Positions 46,682 to 56,520 of a stretch of 64,000 nucleotides of DNA are shown here, piece by piece (position 1 is the first letter of the stretch; every line of letters begins with the position of its first letter). Both the position numbers and the translations under genes were made by a program. The notes beneath the pieces are model-generated. The model was given only the letters and a program-made list of their open reading frames with translations, ran no database searches and was not told the DNA's origin. The stretch is from a virus. The stretch is from positions 8,706 to 72,705 of IMG/VR virus record IMGVR_UViG_3300025009_000080, one strand, 5' to 3'.

Positions 46682-47431
46682 TTACCAATTACCTCTTTGT
46701 TGATACTCATTGTAGCAATCTCTTGCCCACGTTCCCATCTTTTTAACGTAACGTTCTGCCTTTCTCCATGAACCCGGATTTGAGGGCCTGCCATCACCGT
46801 AAAGGTCAAGTCTTGCTATGTTTAATAGCGGCATAACAGATCGGTCTCGTGAGGCAAATATAGTCAATATTCTTTCACGAACCCAATCAATTATTGCCTG
46901 TCTTAATGGTCTTGGAATTAGCGGAACTTCTGTTATGTCTGCACCCATTCCACTATAAACAATGCGGACATAGGAATAGGAATTACAGCTTGATCCAAAC
47001 ATTATCACTCCATTCTCAATATTGGCATAATAAAGATTGTAGTTGTCGGCATGAGACGGTATAAATGGATCTTCTTCTCCGCTTTCTTTGCGCCTTGCGG
47101 TGTAATCTGCCCCCCCTTGAGAGTTATTATAGTTACGCTTATACCAAACTTTGCGGCTATTTGCTGGTGTGCCACAAACTCCATTGTAAAGATAGAGTTC
47201 CTTCACATTGAAACAGTTTGTTGGCAGGCTTAAAATAAGAGAGTCGGTCGGAAATTCAAGATCGGTTGTAAGTGTCTGAAAATAGGTATCAATAGCAAGC
47301 TCTTCAACTGCTTCTGAAATCTGACGTATGTAAAACCCTTTGGAAAGCCCGTGATCTAATCCCGGATCTCCAACCATTTGAGTTACGTCACTCAGTATAT
47401 CTACTATCGGGATAAAATCATTATTGTTCAT
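46682..47431 (-). CDS. tail ring/adaptor protein
   Basis: Helix-beta-helix layout with LP.NC and PLIP motifs typical of head-tail adaptors. Confidence 0.6.
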   Translation of the reverse strand: MNNNDFIPIVDILSDVTQMVGDPGLDHGLSKGFYIRQISEAVEELAIDTYFQTLTTDLEFPTDSLILSLPTNCFNVKELYLYNGVCGTPANSRKVWYKRNYNNSQGGADYTARRKESGEEDPFIPSHADNYNLYYANIENGVIMFGSSCNSYSYVRIVYSGMGADITEVPLIPRPLRQAIIDWVRERILTIFASRDRSVMPLLNIARLDLYGDGRPSNPGSWRKAERYVKKMGTWARDCYNEYQQRGNW

Positions 47432-48107
47432 TGGTTATTTGTTTGGGTGGAGCAACTTGAATGGTATCGTTCCCATCATTTACCTTGTCTGCCGGAACCG
47501 ACATGACAAACCTTCCCAAATTGATAATTTCATATTTCATTTGACTGACAAGGTGTTCTGGTAATGGACATTCTGCATCCATATCATTTACCTTTCGTGG
47601 GTCAATAGCCAAATATAAACCCATTTCGACTTCAGGGACATCTACTGCCTCCAAGCCTAATGTGAAAATCTGATCTGCTACAACATATCCGTATGGGTTG
47701 GTTGGTGTTGGGGTTTCATGGCTTGCTTGTAACAGGTGAGCGTGTGCCGGTGTAATCATGCTGAATTTAACCTGCGTGAATCCCGGTATCAGCTCGTCCT
47801 GTACGTTATAGGTAATATATGCAATGCTGCGGTCGTAATCCATGTCAAGCAATACACCAGGTAACTGGATATACTTGCGCTTGTGGGAAAAAGAACTTGT
47901 CAATAGCTTTGTTTCAGGGAATACGGTAAGGAATCTGCCCGGCATCTGTCCGGTGCGCCCTTGTTCGTTATCAAGATGCTGCTTTAAGAACTTATTGGCA
48001 ACCATTGACACCCACCACAATACCGAATATTCGACAATGCTGCTGTCATCATAGGTCTGTTTTAAGTCCTTGAGCAAGTCATATACTATTTCCCTGTACT
48101 TTGCCAT
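47421..48107 (-). CDS. tail ring/adaptor protein
   Basis: YIQLP and CPLPEHL motifs; gene position. Confidence 0.6.
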   Translation of the reverse strand: MAKYREIVYDLLKDLKQTYDDSSIVEYSVLWWVSMVANKFLKQHLDNEQGRTGQMPGRFLTVFPETKLLTSSFSHKRKYIQLPGVLLDMDYDRSIAYITYNVQDELIPGFTQVKFSMITPAHAHLLQASHETPTPTNPYGYVVADQIFTLGLEAVDVPEVEMGLYLAIDPRKVNDMDAECPLPEHLVSQMKYEIINLGRFVMSVPADKVNDGNDTIQVAPPKQITNEQ

Positions 48108-48982
48108 TATTGTAACTGTTGAAGCACCTCTTGGATGCTGACATTAAATATGGTGGTGTTGTCGCCCTGCTTAATAGCAATGTAATTCAATGACTTCTGA
48201 ACAATCAGATTCATCATGCTTGCCGGAAATGGTACATCATAGGTTGCCGTATCTGCATTTTTTGGTATGGTTTCCGGGTGGCGGATAAAAGATACAGCCA
48301 CAAGCGTTTTTGGCGACGATGGTGTAATTTGAATTTCTTTCGGATTGACGTACTGCCCTTCCGCTAATTTATTGATTCTCTCCCCTGAGTAATCCATTGA
48401 TGGGGTATACCCGTAGGTAATAACGGCCTCATTGTGTTTGTAGCCGGGAACAAAGGGATTGTTTTCAGCTTCCGTAATTTGTTCGTGAGTAATCTTTGTA
48501 GCTGCGAACCTTGCACGGGTTAATACCAATTCCGGCCTGAATGTACTCATGTGAGGTTTTAACTGCCCGCCATTAACAAAACTCGTCCCGACAATAGGGT
48601 GGTTCTCGTAGTTTTTGTTCAGGTAAGGCATGATCTCTGCACGGTACTTTCCTGGCAATTCTGTTTTTGCTCCCAATGAAACATAGACAGTCGGTTTCGG
48701 GAATACCCCCGTAACTGTCCAAATATCAAATCCTTCATTATCACTATCAAATGCTATGCGTGAAAACTGATTTGTCTGCCAGACCTTAGTCATGTGCAAA
48801 TCAGATAGTCTTTCTTCGACGAATTTGTCTACACCGATTCGTGGTGCTATAATGCCTACAAGCCACTCTATTGCAGAATTGATTGCAGGAATCATATCAA
48901 GATCGTCTTTGTATCGGTCAGAGCCTTCGGCATCAAGACCAATTTCCCGCATACGCTGTATGATATTTGATAGTAGGATCAT
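48107..48982 (-). CDS. tail ring/adaptor protein
   Basis: INSAIE, FIRHP and PFP...LIV.KSL adaptor-like pattern. Confidence 0.6.
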   Translation of the reverse strand: MILLSNIIQRMREIGLDAEGSDRYKDDLDMIPAINSAIEWLVGIIAPRIGVDKFVEERLSDLHMTKVWQTNQFSRIAFDSDNEGFDIWTVTGVFPKPTVYVSLGAKTELPGKYRAEIMPYLNKNYENHPIVGTSFVNGGQLKPHMSTFRPELVLTRARFAATKITHEQITEAENNPFVPGYKHNEAVITYGYTPSMDYSGERINKLAEGQYVNPKEIQITPSSPKTLVAVSFIRHPETIPKNADTATYDVPFPASMMNLIVQKSLNYIAIKQGDNTTIFNVSIQEVLQQLQ

Positions 48983-49848
48983 TACTTTGCGTTCATAGCT
49001 TGTTCAACAACTTTGTCTGTAAGCTCAATACCGGCTGATGCTGTACCGACAAACTTACGTTTGTCAGCTTCGAGTTTTTGGTATGCCATTTTGTAAATAA
49101 GCTGGCGTTTCATGTCGTCAACGTTTGTCGAAACAGGGATTCCCATGTTTTGCGCCCGCTGTACCAACTGGTGTTGATCCATTTTTACGACTTCCGGTGT
49201 AATGAGATTGACATAATCTGTCAGGAATACATCAACATCTTTTGCATCGTTAAGCGTTTCAAAAACGGTTTGATTGTATTGCGGAAAATTCCGCATGAAT
49301 TCGATTTCCTTTTTGCTATGGAGTTCAACCATGCAAATCTGAACAGTTCTTGTCTCCCGTGTTCCCATTTGGCTCTTAGTCCATGATGCTGCATGGTTGA
49401 GTTTAATGGGTTCGTATGGAGGCAGTACTTCTTTTCCGTTGCGTTTGTATCCGAAAATAATTCGGAAATGAGAGTGTGCAAAGAACTTGGCTCCAATTGG
49501 GTCGTAGTCATCTTCCTCCGCAACAACCGCTGTCGCTGCCGGTACTTTTGCAGACATTTCTTTAATGATGTCAGCCTTCATTGTGGCTAACAAGCTGTCC
49601 AGTTCGGATTTTGTCAGCTCAAATTTTGGCTCTGACTTAACTGGCTTTGCGATAACGGGTTCTTCTTTTGGTTCATCATCAGGGTCGTCAAACTCCGCAG
49701 TGTCTTCCGGTTCAGGTATGATTTGCTTGTCCGGATTGCGTTTGTTGTATTCTGCAATAGCCAATGCCTCGACTTCTGCCGGTGTAAGATTCGGGTCTGA
49801 TTCCCTGATTTCTTTTTTGATCTTGTTTAAAACGATATTTCCTGCCAT
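48982..49848 (-). CDS. hypothetical protein downstream of major capsid gene
   Basis: ORF track. Confidence 0.65.
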   Translation of the reverse strand: MAGNIVLNKIKKEIRESDPNLTPAEVEALAIAEYNKRNPDKQIIPEPEDTAEFDDPDDEPKEEPVIAKPVKSEPKFELTKSELDSLLATMKADIIKEMSAKVPAATAVVAEEDDYDPIGAKFFAHSHFRIIFGYKRNGKEVLPPYEPIKLNHAASWTKSQMGTRETRTVQICMVELHSKKEIEFMRNFPQYNQTVFETLNDAKDVDVFLTDYVNLITPEVVKMDQHQLVQRAQNMGIPVSTNVDDMKRQLIYKMAYQKLEADKRKFVGTASAGIELTDKVVEQAMNAK

Positions 49849-49861
49849 ATTTTATGTTTTT

Positions 49862-49896
49862 AAAACAAGGACTGGCTGTTACACCAGCCCTCGTTT
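49862..49896 (-). terminator. intrinsic terminator after major capsid gene
   Basis: AAACGAGGGCUGG-loop-CCAGUCCUUGUUUU. Confidence 0.7.
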
Positions 49897-49910
49897 CGGG
49901 TTAGTTAATC

Positions 49911-51140
49911 CTAATAACCGGCAACATCAATGATTGCACCACCAAGCGGGTTGATATACTTCTGTGAGAAGGACATCGAGAGGTGGTCAATATCGAAGTT
50001 GTTCAGGCTACCATTTGAACGATTGAGTGTTGACTTGAACTCTTCAGGGAATAAGTAAACCGGAATGATTGACTTCTGGTCAAGCAATAAGATTTTACCC
50101 TGAAAATGAGTTGGGAAGGATGCTGTGTCTTTGAAACGAGACATTGGCACGAGTACGATATTGCTATCACCAAGGCGAACCTGTGTCAGCATTAAGTCGG
50201 CAACCTTGCTATCCGGGGTGTAGCGGGTAAGCAGGTCTTTGTAGTACTTACTAACTACAAGGTGTAACTCAGGAGTCATGTAAGCAAAACGGGTTCCCCC
50301 ATATGCCATATGGTTTGTGCTGATTGCGGCTGATTCAAGTGCGGTACCGACGGTAGATGTTGTGGCTGACACAACAGGGCATCCGGCAGCAATCATGGTT
50401 GGGTAAATACCACCTGCGAGTTTGGCTTTTTCACCACCAGTAAGGGTGGCTTCACCTCTGGTTCCATTCCAGTAAATATTGGAACGGTCAATGCGGCACT
50501 GATTGAAAAATTCCTCACGGTTCATTGAGAGAAAGTTTTTGAATGTACCGGCACGTTCGTATTTAAGTTTTTCAACCTTTCCGAACTTCATGGCTTTTAC
50601 ATACAACTGTACGTAATTGTAGCGTTCGGTGGTTGACATACGGAAGAAGTTTCTGATGTCGCTTGCGGCATCGGCTTCTGTTGGTGCGAGCATTTGTAAA
50701 AGATCGGTAGCCACAACCTGTGGAACGGTTGCTCCTGAAATTCCTCTTACATTAAATTCCACGTCTTCGGTAATGGAGTAAACAATACCTTTGGTGTTGT
50801 CAGGATAGCATACTACATAGTCCAATCCGACCATGCTTGTATCGGTACATTTTACTACCTGCGTAGCTCCGGTAACACAAGTGTCGGTGACAACTGCTGC
50901 CGAGCGTCCGTAGGTTTTTTCTGCGAAAAAGAATTCGTCACTGGACACCAATTCAGGTGTCACCATGTCGAGAATAGCCATGTCGTAGAACTGCTGACGG
51001 GTTCCGTCATAGATCATGTCATGGACAACACGTGAAACAAGGTTTGTCGTGTCGTGGGTGAAAGTACTTGCGTAAGTTGAACTTAGGTCGTTCAGGTTTA
51101 CGTTAGTATAATTCGTGTCTGTTGTTCCGTAAAGTGGCAT
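49911..51140 (-). CDS. major capsid protein (HK97 fold; SU10/DUF5309-like)
   Basis: 409 aa; follows portal and scaffold; ERYNYVQLY and IYWNG motifs; followed by a terminator. Confidence 0.75.
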   Translation of the reverse strand: MPLYGTTDTNYTNVNLNDLSSTYASTFTHDTTNLVSRVVHDMIYDGTRQQFYDMAILDMVTPELVSSDEFFFAEKTYGRSAAVVTDTCVTGATQVVKCTDTSMVGLDYVVCYPDNTKGIVYSITEDVEFNVRGISGATVPQVVATDLLQMLAPTEADAASDIRNFFRMSTTERYNYVQLYVKAMKFGKVEKLKYERAGTFKNFLSMNREEFFNQCRIDRSNIYWNGTRGEATLTGGEKAKLAGGIYPTMIAAGCPVVSATTSTVGTALESAAISTNHMAYGGTRFAYMTPELHLVVSKYYKDLLTRYTPDSKVADLMLTQVRLGDSNIVLVPMSRFKDTASFPTHFQGKILLLDQKSIIPVYLFPEEFKSTLNRSNGSLNNFDIDHLSMSFSQKYINPLGGAIIDVAGY

Positions 51141-51151
51141 TTTGTAAAGTT

Positions 51152-52333
51152 TTAGTGTTTATCAATACTTTTGAAAGGGTCGTGATTCATTCCTCCAAGT
51201 GCTGATCTTGCTTCCTTTACAAACTGTTCCTGCTGCTCCTGTGATGCTCCGGTGCGTCCTTTGGATGCTTCTGGCGTCTTTTTTACATCGACAGCCACTT
51301 GCATACTTTTGTTCTGCTCCTCAATCAAGGCTTTGAGTGTTTCAATCTGAGAGTATCCGTGCTTTGCCATCGCTATTGCAAGAGCCGCCTCCTTTTTGTA
51401 CTGACCTTTTGAGTCTTTGAATAAGCCAAGTATTTTTGAATCATCACCTGATAAAAGGAGTTGTTCGGTTTCCCGGATAACGTTTTCCTTTAATGAGGGA
51501 AATGACTTTCTGAGGTGTTCAACGGAACCAGTAGCACTTTCCTTCAAGGCCACAAGGGTCTTTTGGGCTTGTTCGTCATAACTGGCACGCTGATCCTCTA
51601 ACTTCTGCTTATCTGCCGTAAAGAATTTGTTTTTGGCAACCTCGTATGCCTTTTGTAATACCTTGTCTTCAAAGGTATCGCTTCGGGCATCATACGCCTC
51701 TAAATCTTCGCTTTCAAATTCGCTGGGATAATAGTAGTTTATTAATTGTTTTGGGTTCTGTTTTTCAACCGGCTGTGAAAAGTCGGGTTGTGAGGCAAAC
51801 TTATTGAGCATACTCCGGTCGTACTGACCTTTGGAATAAGCAATAAGCCCTTCACTTAATTCAAGCGGGAGTGCGGACAAAAAGGTAGTGAGTTCCGTTA
51901 ACTTCTGTTCGGTTTCTCCTGCCTTCTGGGATTCAGTGCGCCACTTGTCAATACTTTGCATCGCCTTAGCGTAGCCTTTAATGTCTTTTGCTCCAAATTT
52001 CTTTTCAAACTCCTTTAAGAAATCTTCATTCGTGGTAAATTTATACCCTTTGGGTTTTTCACCTTCAAAGAATTCGCCTTTTAGTGGGCTTTCCCCTTCT
52101 TCCCCTTCTTCTGCTTGGGTGACTTCTGGCTCAACTTCTGCTTCGGTGGTTTGGGTTTCTGTTTCATTGGTCGGTACTTTTGGTGGTTTTGCGTTTTTTG
52201 CCAAATCTCCTGCAATCTTCATAAACTCTTTGGCTTCCGGTAGTCCAGATCCAATTGTTTCCAAAAGACTTATTGCAGTTGCGGTGGAGTCCGCTTCCTG
52301 TTCTTGTCGCCTAATATCGTCATTCTCTGCCAT
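51152..52333 (-). CDS. putative scaffolding protein
   Basis: Acidic, helical protein between portal and capsid genes. Confidence 0.65.
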   Translation of the reverse strand: MAENDDIRRQEQEADSTATAISLLETIGSGLPEAKEFMKIAGDLAKNAKPPKVPTNETETQTTEAEVEPEVTQAEEGEEGESPLKGEFFEGEKPKGYKFTTNEDFLKEFEKKFGAKDIKGYAKAMQSIDKWRTESQKAGETEQKLTELTTFLSALPLELSEGLIAYSKGQYDRSMLNKFASQPDFSQPVEKQNPKQLINYYYPSEFESEDLEAYDARSDTFEDKVLQKAYEVAKNKFFTADKQKLEDQRASYDEQAQKTLVALKESATGSVEHLRKSFPSLKENVIRETEQLLLSGDDSKILGLFKDSKGQYKKEAALAIAMAKHGYSQIETLKALIEEQNKSMQVAVDVKKTPEASKGRTGASQEQQEQFVKEARSALGGMNHDPFKSIDKH

Positions 52334-52342
52334 AATAATTTT

Positions 52343-54484
52343 TTATTGGTTAGTAGGTCTTGGTTTCGCCATCTCTTGAGCTACCCGTCCCTGATTCTGC
52401 ATATCGGCTACATCCAGTTTGTTTTGAAATCCCTGCTGCTGCATACCCTGTCCCGCCATATCGCCCGCTGCTGCTGCTGCCATTTCAATTTCAGATTGTT
52501 CTTTCTGAACCTGAATCTTTTCACCGACATATTCCCTCATTAAGCGGGTTATGTCATCGAGATTACCATTGCCGAATACCTGACTAAACCTTGCTTCATC
52601 AAGCAAACCTAACTGGTACAATTGAAGTGCCAGCATATTTGCTTGATTTTTGGTATCAGATTCAGGAGGTGTACGCTGTACAAATATCCTGAAATACTCA
52701 TTAATGTAATCCTTTGATAAAATAAGCGGAGGTGCTAATTTGTCACCAACGCTGTAATATATAATTGTACCGGAATTGATTGCTATACATTTACCACGGT
52801 GTGCCATGGATTGATGTACCTGTAACAACCACTTTCCTATTCCATAATAAAATCCTTCCTGCATTACAGAACCTTGTCGCATCATTTGATTTGCAACTCC
52901 TGCCAGTTCTCTTTTACCTCCAATATTGCCTAAAACGGCATCATTAAAACCTAAATTATTGCGGGCTGCTGACGCAATTTCCATTGCCGCTGATGCTAAG
53001 GTATTGATAGTCGGTGTTGAATTAGGATTTACTGTTCTAAATGCGTTCTGAATATTCCCCCCTGTGTTTTTCAAGCCTACCGGCTTACCAAGATTGACAT
53101 TCCTTAGGAGTTCTTCTTCGCCACCATCTCCAAGATTGTCTTCTTCATAAACCATTACCGGCATTCTCATATTGTTTATTGCGCTTTCGTGCATTGAACG
53201 GATACGGTTAACTAACCTTTGTGGATTGATAGCATCGTCAATGGGTGCTGAAATCATTCCATCATGGTATGAATAGGCAAACGTTTTATAGGTAAACGGA
53301 TTGTCGTCAGGGAGAATATAGGACTGGTCGCTATAAGGAACCACTCCCCATTCATACACAATGTCGTCTTTTGAATTAGCTAAGTATTCCTTGGGGGTAA
53401 AATGACAAAACCGAGTTACACCAACATCTTTTACTAATGTACGGTCTGAACTCAGCTTACTGCTTCTTTCTTTTTTTGCAGGGATTATCAAATCTTTCTT
53501 TGAATACCGTCCCTCTTTGTAGATGCGTACAAAGGTTTCAATGCCTCCTTCTTTTACCCATCCCCAAATTTGGCGTTCCTGATCCTTCCACTCAACCCTA
53601 ACTTCCGGTACACGCCCCTCTACGTTGCCAACAAACTGCTGTGCGTATGAGAAATCCGTAAAGCGAGCCTGACTTACCGTCTTTTCAATAGCGTCTTTCT
53701 GTGTGGATTTTATGTTTTCATATCTCTCATAAAGGCTTACCGGGGTGCTTAATGTCCAGTTTCCCATGAAGTCGCCATCGTACAGGTGTGACATAGTACA
53801 ATCCAAATCCCAAAAGAATGTTTCAGGAATTACCGACTTGTGAACCTGGTTCCCGTGGTGTTCGTACTCACGACTTACTACAAGTCCGGTAATGGCAAAG
53901 TTCTTAGCCTGAGCAACTTTAAGGTCTTCAATATTGTTGATCTGATCGTAATAATCCATCAAATAGTTAATTCCCATTGCGAGCTTGTCCGCATATCGCT
54001 GAGAAAACATATCTTGTGTCTCACCTAATGTATCCCCAACAAGGAAATTGTCTTTAATAAGTTTCTGCATTTGCCCACCCATTAGCTTACCCATTTCGGC
54101 TAAGGTCAGCATCTTGTTCATTTCCTCTTCCCTGCGATTTACGGCAAATGGGCTGTGAGCCTGAACTTTATAGGTGTAATCAGTAAGAATGGCATTGTTG
54201 ACAAGCATATCCACCATAGGACGTACAATATTCTCTACCCACTTGATACGATTACGGACTTCTCCGCTCTCGTCTTTAAGGAATGGAGCAAGGTCTTCTT
54301 TGAAAATCCACTGGTCTCCCTCGTAGAATTTCCAATTAACCATACACTTGCGTAAAAAATACTGGTATTTCTGTCGGTTGAGGCTGCCGGTAAAGTACCT
54401 TGCACAGTTGAGGTGGTAGGTCAGGTTTTTCTGATCCGTAACCCGGTTGGGTCTCATTTGATTGTTTAGTACAAGGCTAATCAT
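52343..54484 (-). CDS. portal protein
   Basis: FYEGDQW, NIVRPMVD, INPQRL.N..RS, GFNDAVLG motifs and Q-rich C-terminus (P22-like portal pattern). Confidence 0.85.
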   Translation of the reverse strand: MISLVLNNQMRPNRVTDQKNLTYHLNCARYFTGSLNRQKYQYFLRKCMVNWKFYEGDQWIFKEDLAPFLKDESGEVRNRIKWVENIVRPMVDMLVNNAILTDYTYKVQAHSPFAVNRREEEMNKMLTLAEMGKLMGGQMQKLIKDNFLVGDTLGETQDMFSQRYADKLAMGINYLMDYYDQINNIEDLKVAQAKNFAITGLVVSREYEHHGNQVHKSVIPETFFWDLDCTMSHLYDGDFMGNWTLSTPVSLYERYENIKSTQKDAIEKTVSQARFTDFSYAQQFVGNVEGRVPEVRVEWKDQERQIWGWVKEGGIETFVRIYKEGRYSKKDLIIPAKKERSSKLSSDRTLVKDVGVTRFCHFTPKEYLANSKDDIVYEWGVVPYSDQSYILPDDNPFTYKTFAYSYHDGMISAPIDDAINPQRLVNRIRSMHESAINNMRMPVMVYEEDNLGDGGEEELLRNVNLGKPVGLKNTGGNIQNAFRTVNPNSTPTINTLASAAMEIASAARNNLGFNDAVLGNIGGKRELAGVANQMMRQGSVMQEGFYYGIGKWLLQVHQSMAHRGKCIAINSGTIIYYSVGDKLAPPLILSKDYINEYFRIFVQRTPPESDTKNQANMLALQLYQLGLLDEARFSQVFGNGNLDDITRLMREYVGEKIQVQKEQSEIEMAAAAAGDMAGQGMQQQGFQNKLDVADMQNQGRVAQEMAKPRPTNQ

Positions 54485-55046
54485 CGTCTTCTATTTCATC
54501 GTTTGCTGACAAGTTATTCATAATGTTATCCATGTCGTTTGCGCCCTTTTTCTGACCGACTTTGCGTTGTTCTTTTACTCCAAATCCTTCTTCTTTTTGT
54601 TTGATAAGCTGTGGTAATTCTGCTCGTATCTTTACAGATATGTCTACAAACTTTCCCTGCTTTTCGGTGTCCTGAAGATCATCGGTTCCAAACGAATCAA
54701 TAATTATTTCAAACCCTTCAAAGATGCTATCAATCATGGATTTTGCCCTTACCCGGTCAGAGGAAGCAAAGCGCATCATTCGTGCGCCTGCTGCCTCGAT
54801 AGCTTCGGGAAATTTGTTATCCATGTAATTTTTGGTCTCGTTAGTGTTGAGTCTTAATTTACTCTTCTCAAGACAAGAACTTAGTTTTTCGGATATTGGT
54901 CGTAAGTTAAAGAACGGTGACTGTTTGTGGAAGTAGTACCATACGAATCGCATTTGGGTGTCAAGTAGTGGCTCAAACTCTTTTATACTTGAGAGTTCAG
55001 GGTACTCGACTTTCATGTCGATGTCGGTTGGTTCAAATACCGCCAC
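54477..55046 (-). CDS. hypothetical protein (terminase small subunit candidate)
   Basis: 189 aa helical protein directly upstream of the portal; function inferred only from position. Confidence 0.55.
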   Translation of the reverse strand: MAVFEPTDIDMKVEYPELSSIKEFEPLLDTQMRFVWYYFHKQSPFFNLRPISEKLSSCLEKSKLRLNTNETKNYMDNKFPEAIEAAGARMMRFASSDRVRAKSMIDSIFEGFEIIIDSFGTDDLQDTEKQGKFVDISVKIRAELPQLIKQKEEGFGVKEQRKVGQKKGANDMDNIMNNLSANDEIEDDD

Positions 55047-56326
55047 TATTTTGCGAGGTAATCTTCTTCCGGGTTAAGCAGTCTTACAAATCCTGCTGTT
55101 TCTGCACTTGTAATACCAGATGCGTCAAATCCAAATTCAAAGGTATCTACTGCACCAACTACCGTTACCGTAAAAATCTTTCCATTGAAATCAGTCGGGT
55201 TTACAACACAGCCATTCATGGTAATTTCGTCGCCTACTTTTAATCCATGAGGGCGAACCGTAGTACAAACTCCGGGATCTGCCTTGGTGATCCCACTTAT
55301 TGTTGCAACCGGGAGTCGTTTCCCTGCGAGAATTGCATCAAGGATTAATCCTACCGCAACTTCGTCTGTATCAGCGAAAATCTGACTGTGGACTTCCTTG
55401 TGAGGAAAGAATCCATGGTCTGACCGTACCGGCATTTCGTGTTCGATTTTATAGGTTGTATAAGTACCGCCTGTAATATCGTAGGCGGGTTCAAAGGTAT
55501 TTACGATTGCTTTTGTGCCTTCCGGCTTTACGTATTCGGTGGTCGTTCCTTGGGCGACTTCGCTTGCCGTACCGCCCGAATCGTAAGTAGCACCAGTAAA
55601 GACGTGCACAACTTTAAAGGTGTTCGTTGCTTTTTCACTGATGACATATCCCTTATTGGGGTCAAAGTCACCTGCCGTTGGAGGGACTGTCCATGTTACA
55701 TCGGTAATTTTTACGATGTCTCCATTCAGTTTACCGTGTCCATTGCTTGTAATGGTACATTTAGTTCCGCCACTGTCGGCAATTCCTGTTATTGTCAATG
55801 GGGCTGCGTCGGCTGCCACCCATGGCATTTCAATTGTAAAATCTTCATTGTTCAGTCCAAGTGTGCCAAACGCACTTGTAATAACCAAAGTGGTTGTGCT
55901 TTGGGTTACAGTGAATGGATAACCAGCCTGATTCAATACTGAGTAAAACTGGTTTGCAACAACCTGTTCGATTGTAGTAGCCGGAGAAACAACTGCTGCT
56001 CCTGCATAAACAGTGAACGTTTGGTTGTATGGTTTACCATCAATTTTCCACGGGGATCTGATTGTCATTTCAAGTTTGTCACCGGCAACAAGTCCATGGA
56101 TAGGAGAATCAAAATTGATCTCAATTACCTTTTGCGCTCCGGCTGCATAGGCAGTCTTTGAAAAAGAAGTAATTCTTGGCCATGCTATTGGCTCAGCAAA
56201 TCCTTTATTGGTAACGTTATTGGCTACATCGCCGGGAACATACAGATAACCCTGTGATACATACGCGATGTCTGAGACATCACCGAGATTGGTGTTAATC
56301 ACGGCCGTTTGTTTCAAAGCACTCAT
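55046..56326 (-). CDS. structural protein with two FCCH-like beta domains
   Basis: ISGITKADPGVCT...HGLKVGD.I......NG.IFTV and an earlier similar copy. Confidence 0.7.
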   Translation of the reverse strand: MSALKQTAVINTNLGDVSDIAYVSQGYLYVPGDVANNVTNKGFAEPIAWPRITSFSKTAYAAGAQKVIEINFDSPIHGLVAGDKLEMTIRSPWKIDGKPYNQTFTVYAGAAVVSPATTIEQVVANQFYSVLNQAGYPFTVTQSTTTLVITSAFGTLGLNNEDFTIEMPWVAADAAPLTITGIADSGGTKCTITSNGHGKLNGDIVKITDVTWTVPPTAGDFDPNKGYVISEKATNTFKVVHVFTGATYDSGGTASEVAQGTTTEYVKPEGTKAIVNTFEPAYDITGGTYTTYKIEHEMPVRSDHGFFPHKEVHSQIFADTDEVAVGLILDAILAGKRLPVATISGITKADPGVCTTVRPHGLKVGDEITMNGCVVNPTDFNGKIFTVTVVGAVDTFEFGFDASGITSAETAGFVRLLNPEEDYLAK

Positions 56327-56360
56327 AGTTTTAAATATTAATTGTTAATAAAATAAACCA

Positions 56361-56406
56361 CAAATATAGCACATAGATAGCTCAAAATGCAAATTTATGT
56401 TAAAAA
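56361..56406 (-). promoter_or_regulatory. late-operon promoter with upstream box
   Basis: TTTTTAACA-4 nt-TTTG-21 nt-TATATTTG on the - strand; the box is half of the perfect palindrome 56396-56418. Confidence 0.7.
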
Positions 56407-56407
56407 G

Positions 56408-56450
56408 TTTTTAACATAGATGATTTTGCCCGTGTTTTACACTATCTTTG
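56408..56450 (+). promoter_or_regulatory. divergent promoter for candidate sRNA
   Basis: TTTTTAACA box (56408-56416) and TATCTTTG (56443-56450); weak -33 element. Confidence 0.5.
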
Positions 56451-56454
56451 CTCT

Positions 56455-56520
56455 CGATTCTTCTTCCAACTCTTGTTTTTCATCGCTTCACCCTCCGCTT
56501 GTCGGGGGGTGTTGTTGTTT
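56455..56520 (+). ncRNA. candidate small RNA (about 65 nt)
   Basis: -7 element upstream; 9-bp hairpin CACCCUCCG/CGGGGGGUG followed by UUGUUGUUU. Confidence 0.45.

Noticed and set aside
56442-56483. 13-codon - strand ORF MKNKSWKKNREQR with upstream GGAGG
   Set aside because: It is too short to support, and Shine-Dalgarno motifs are not used by other genes here. Kept only as an alternative reading of the sRNA locus.
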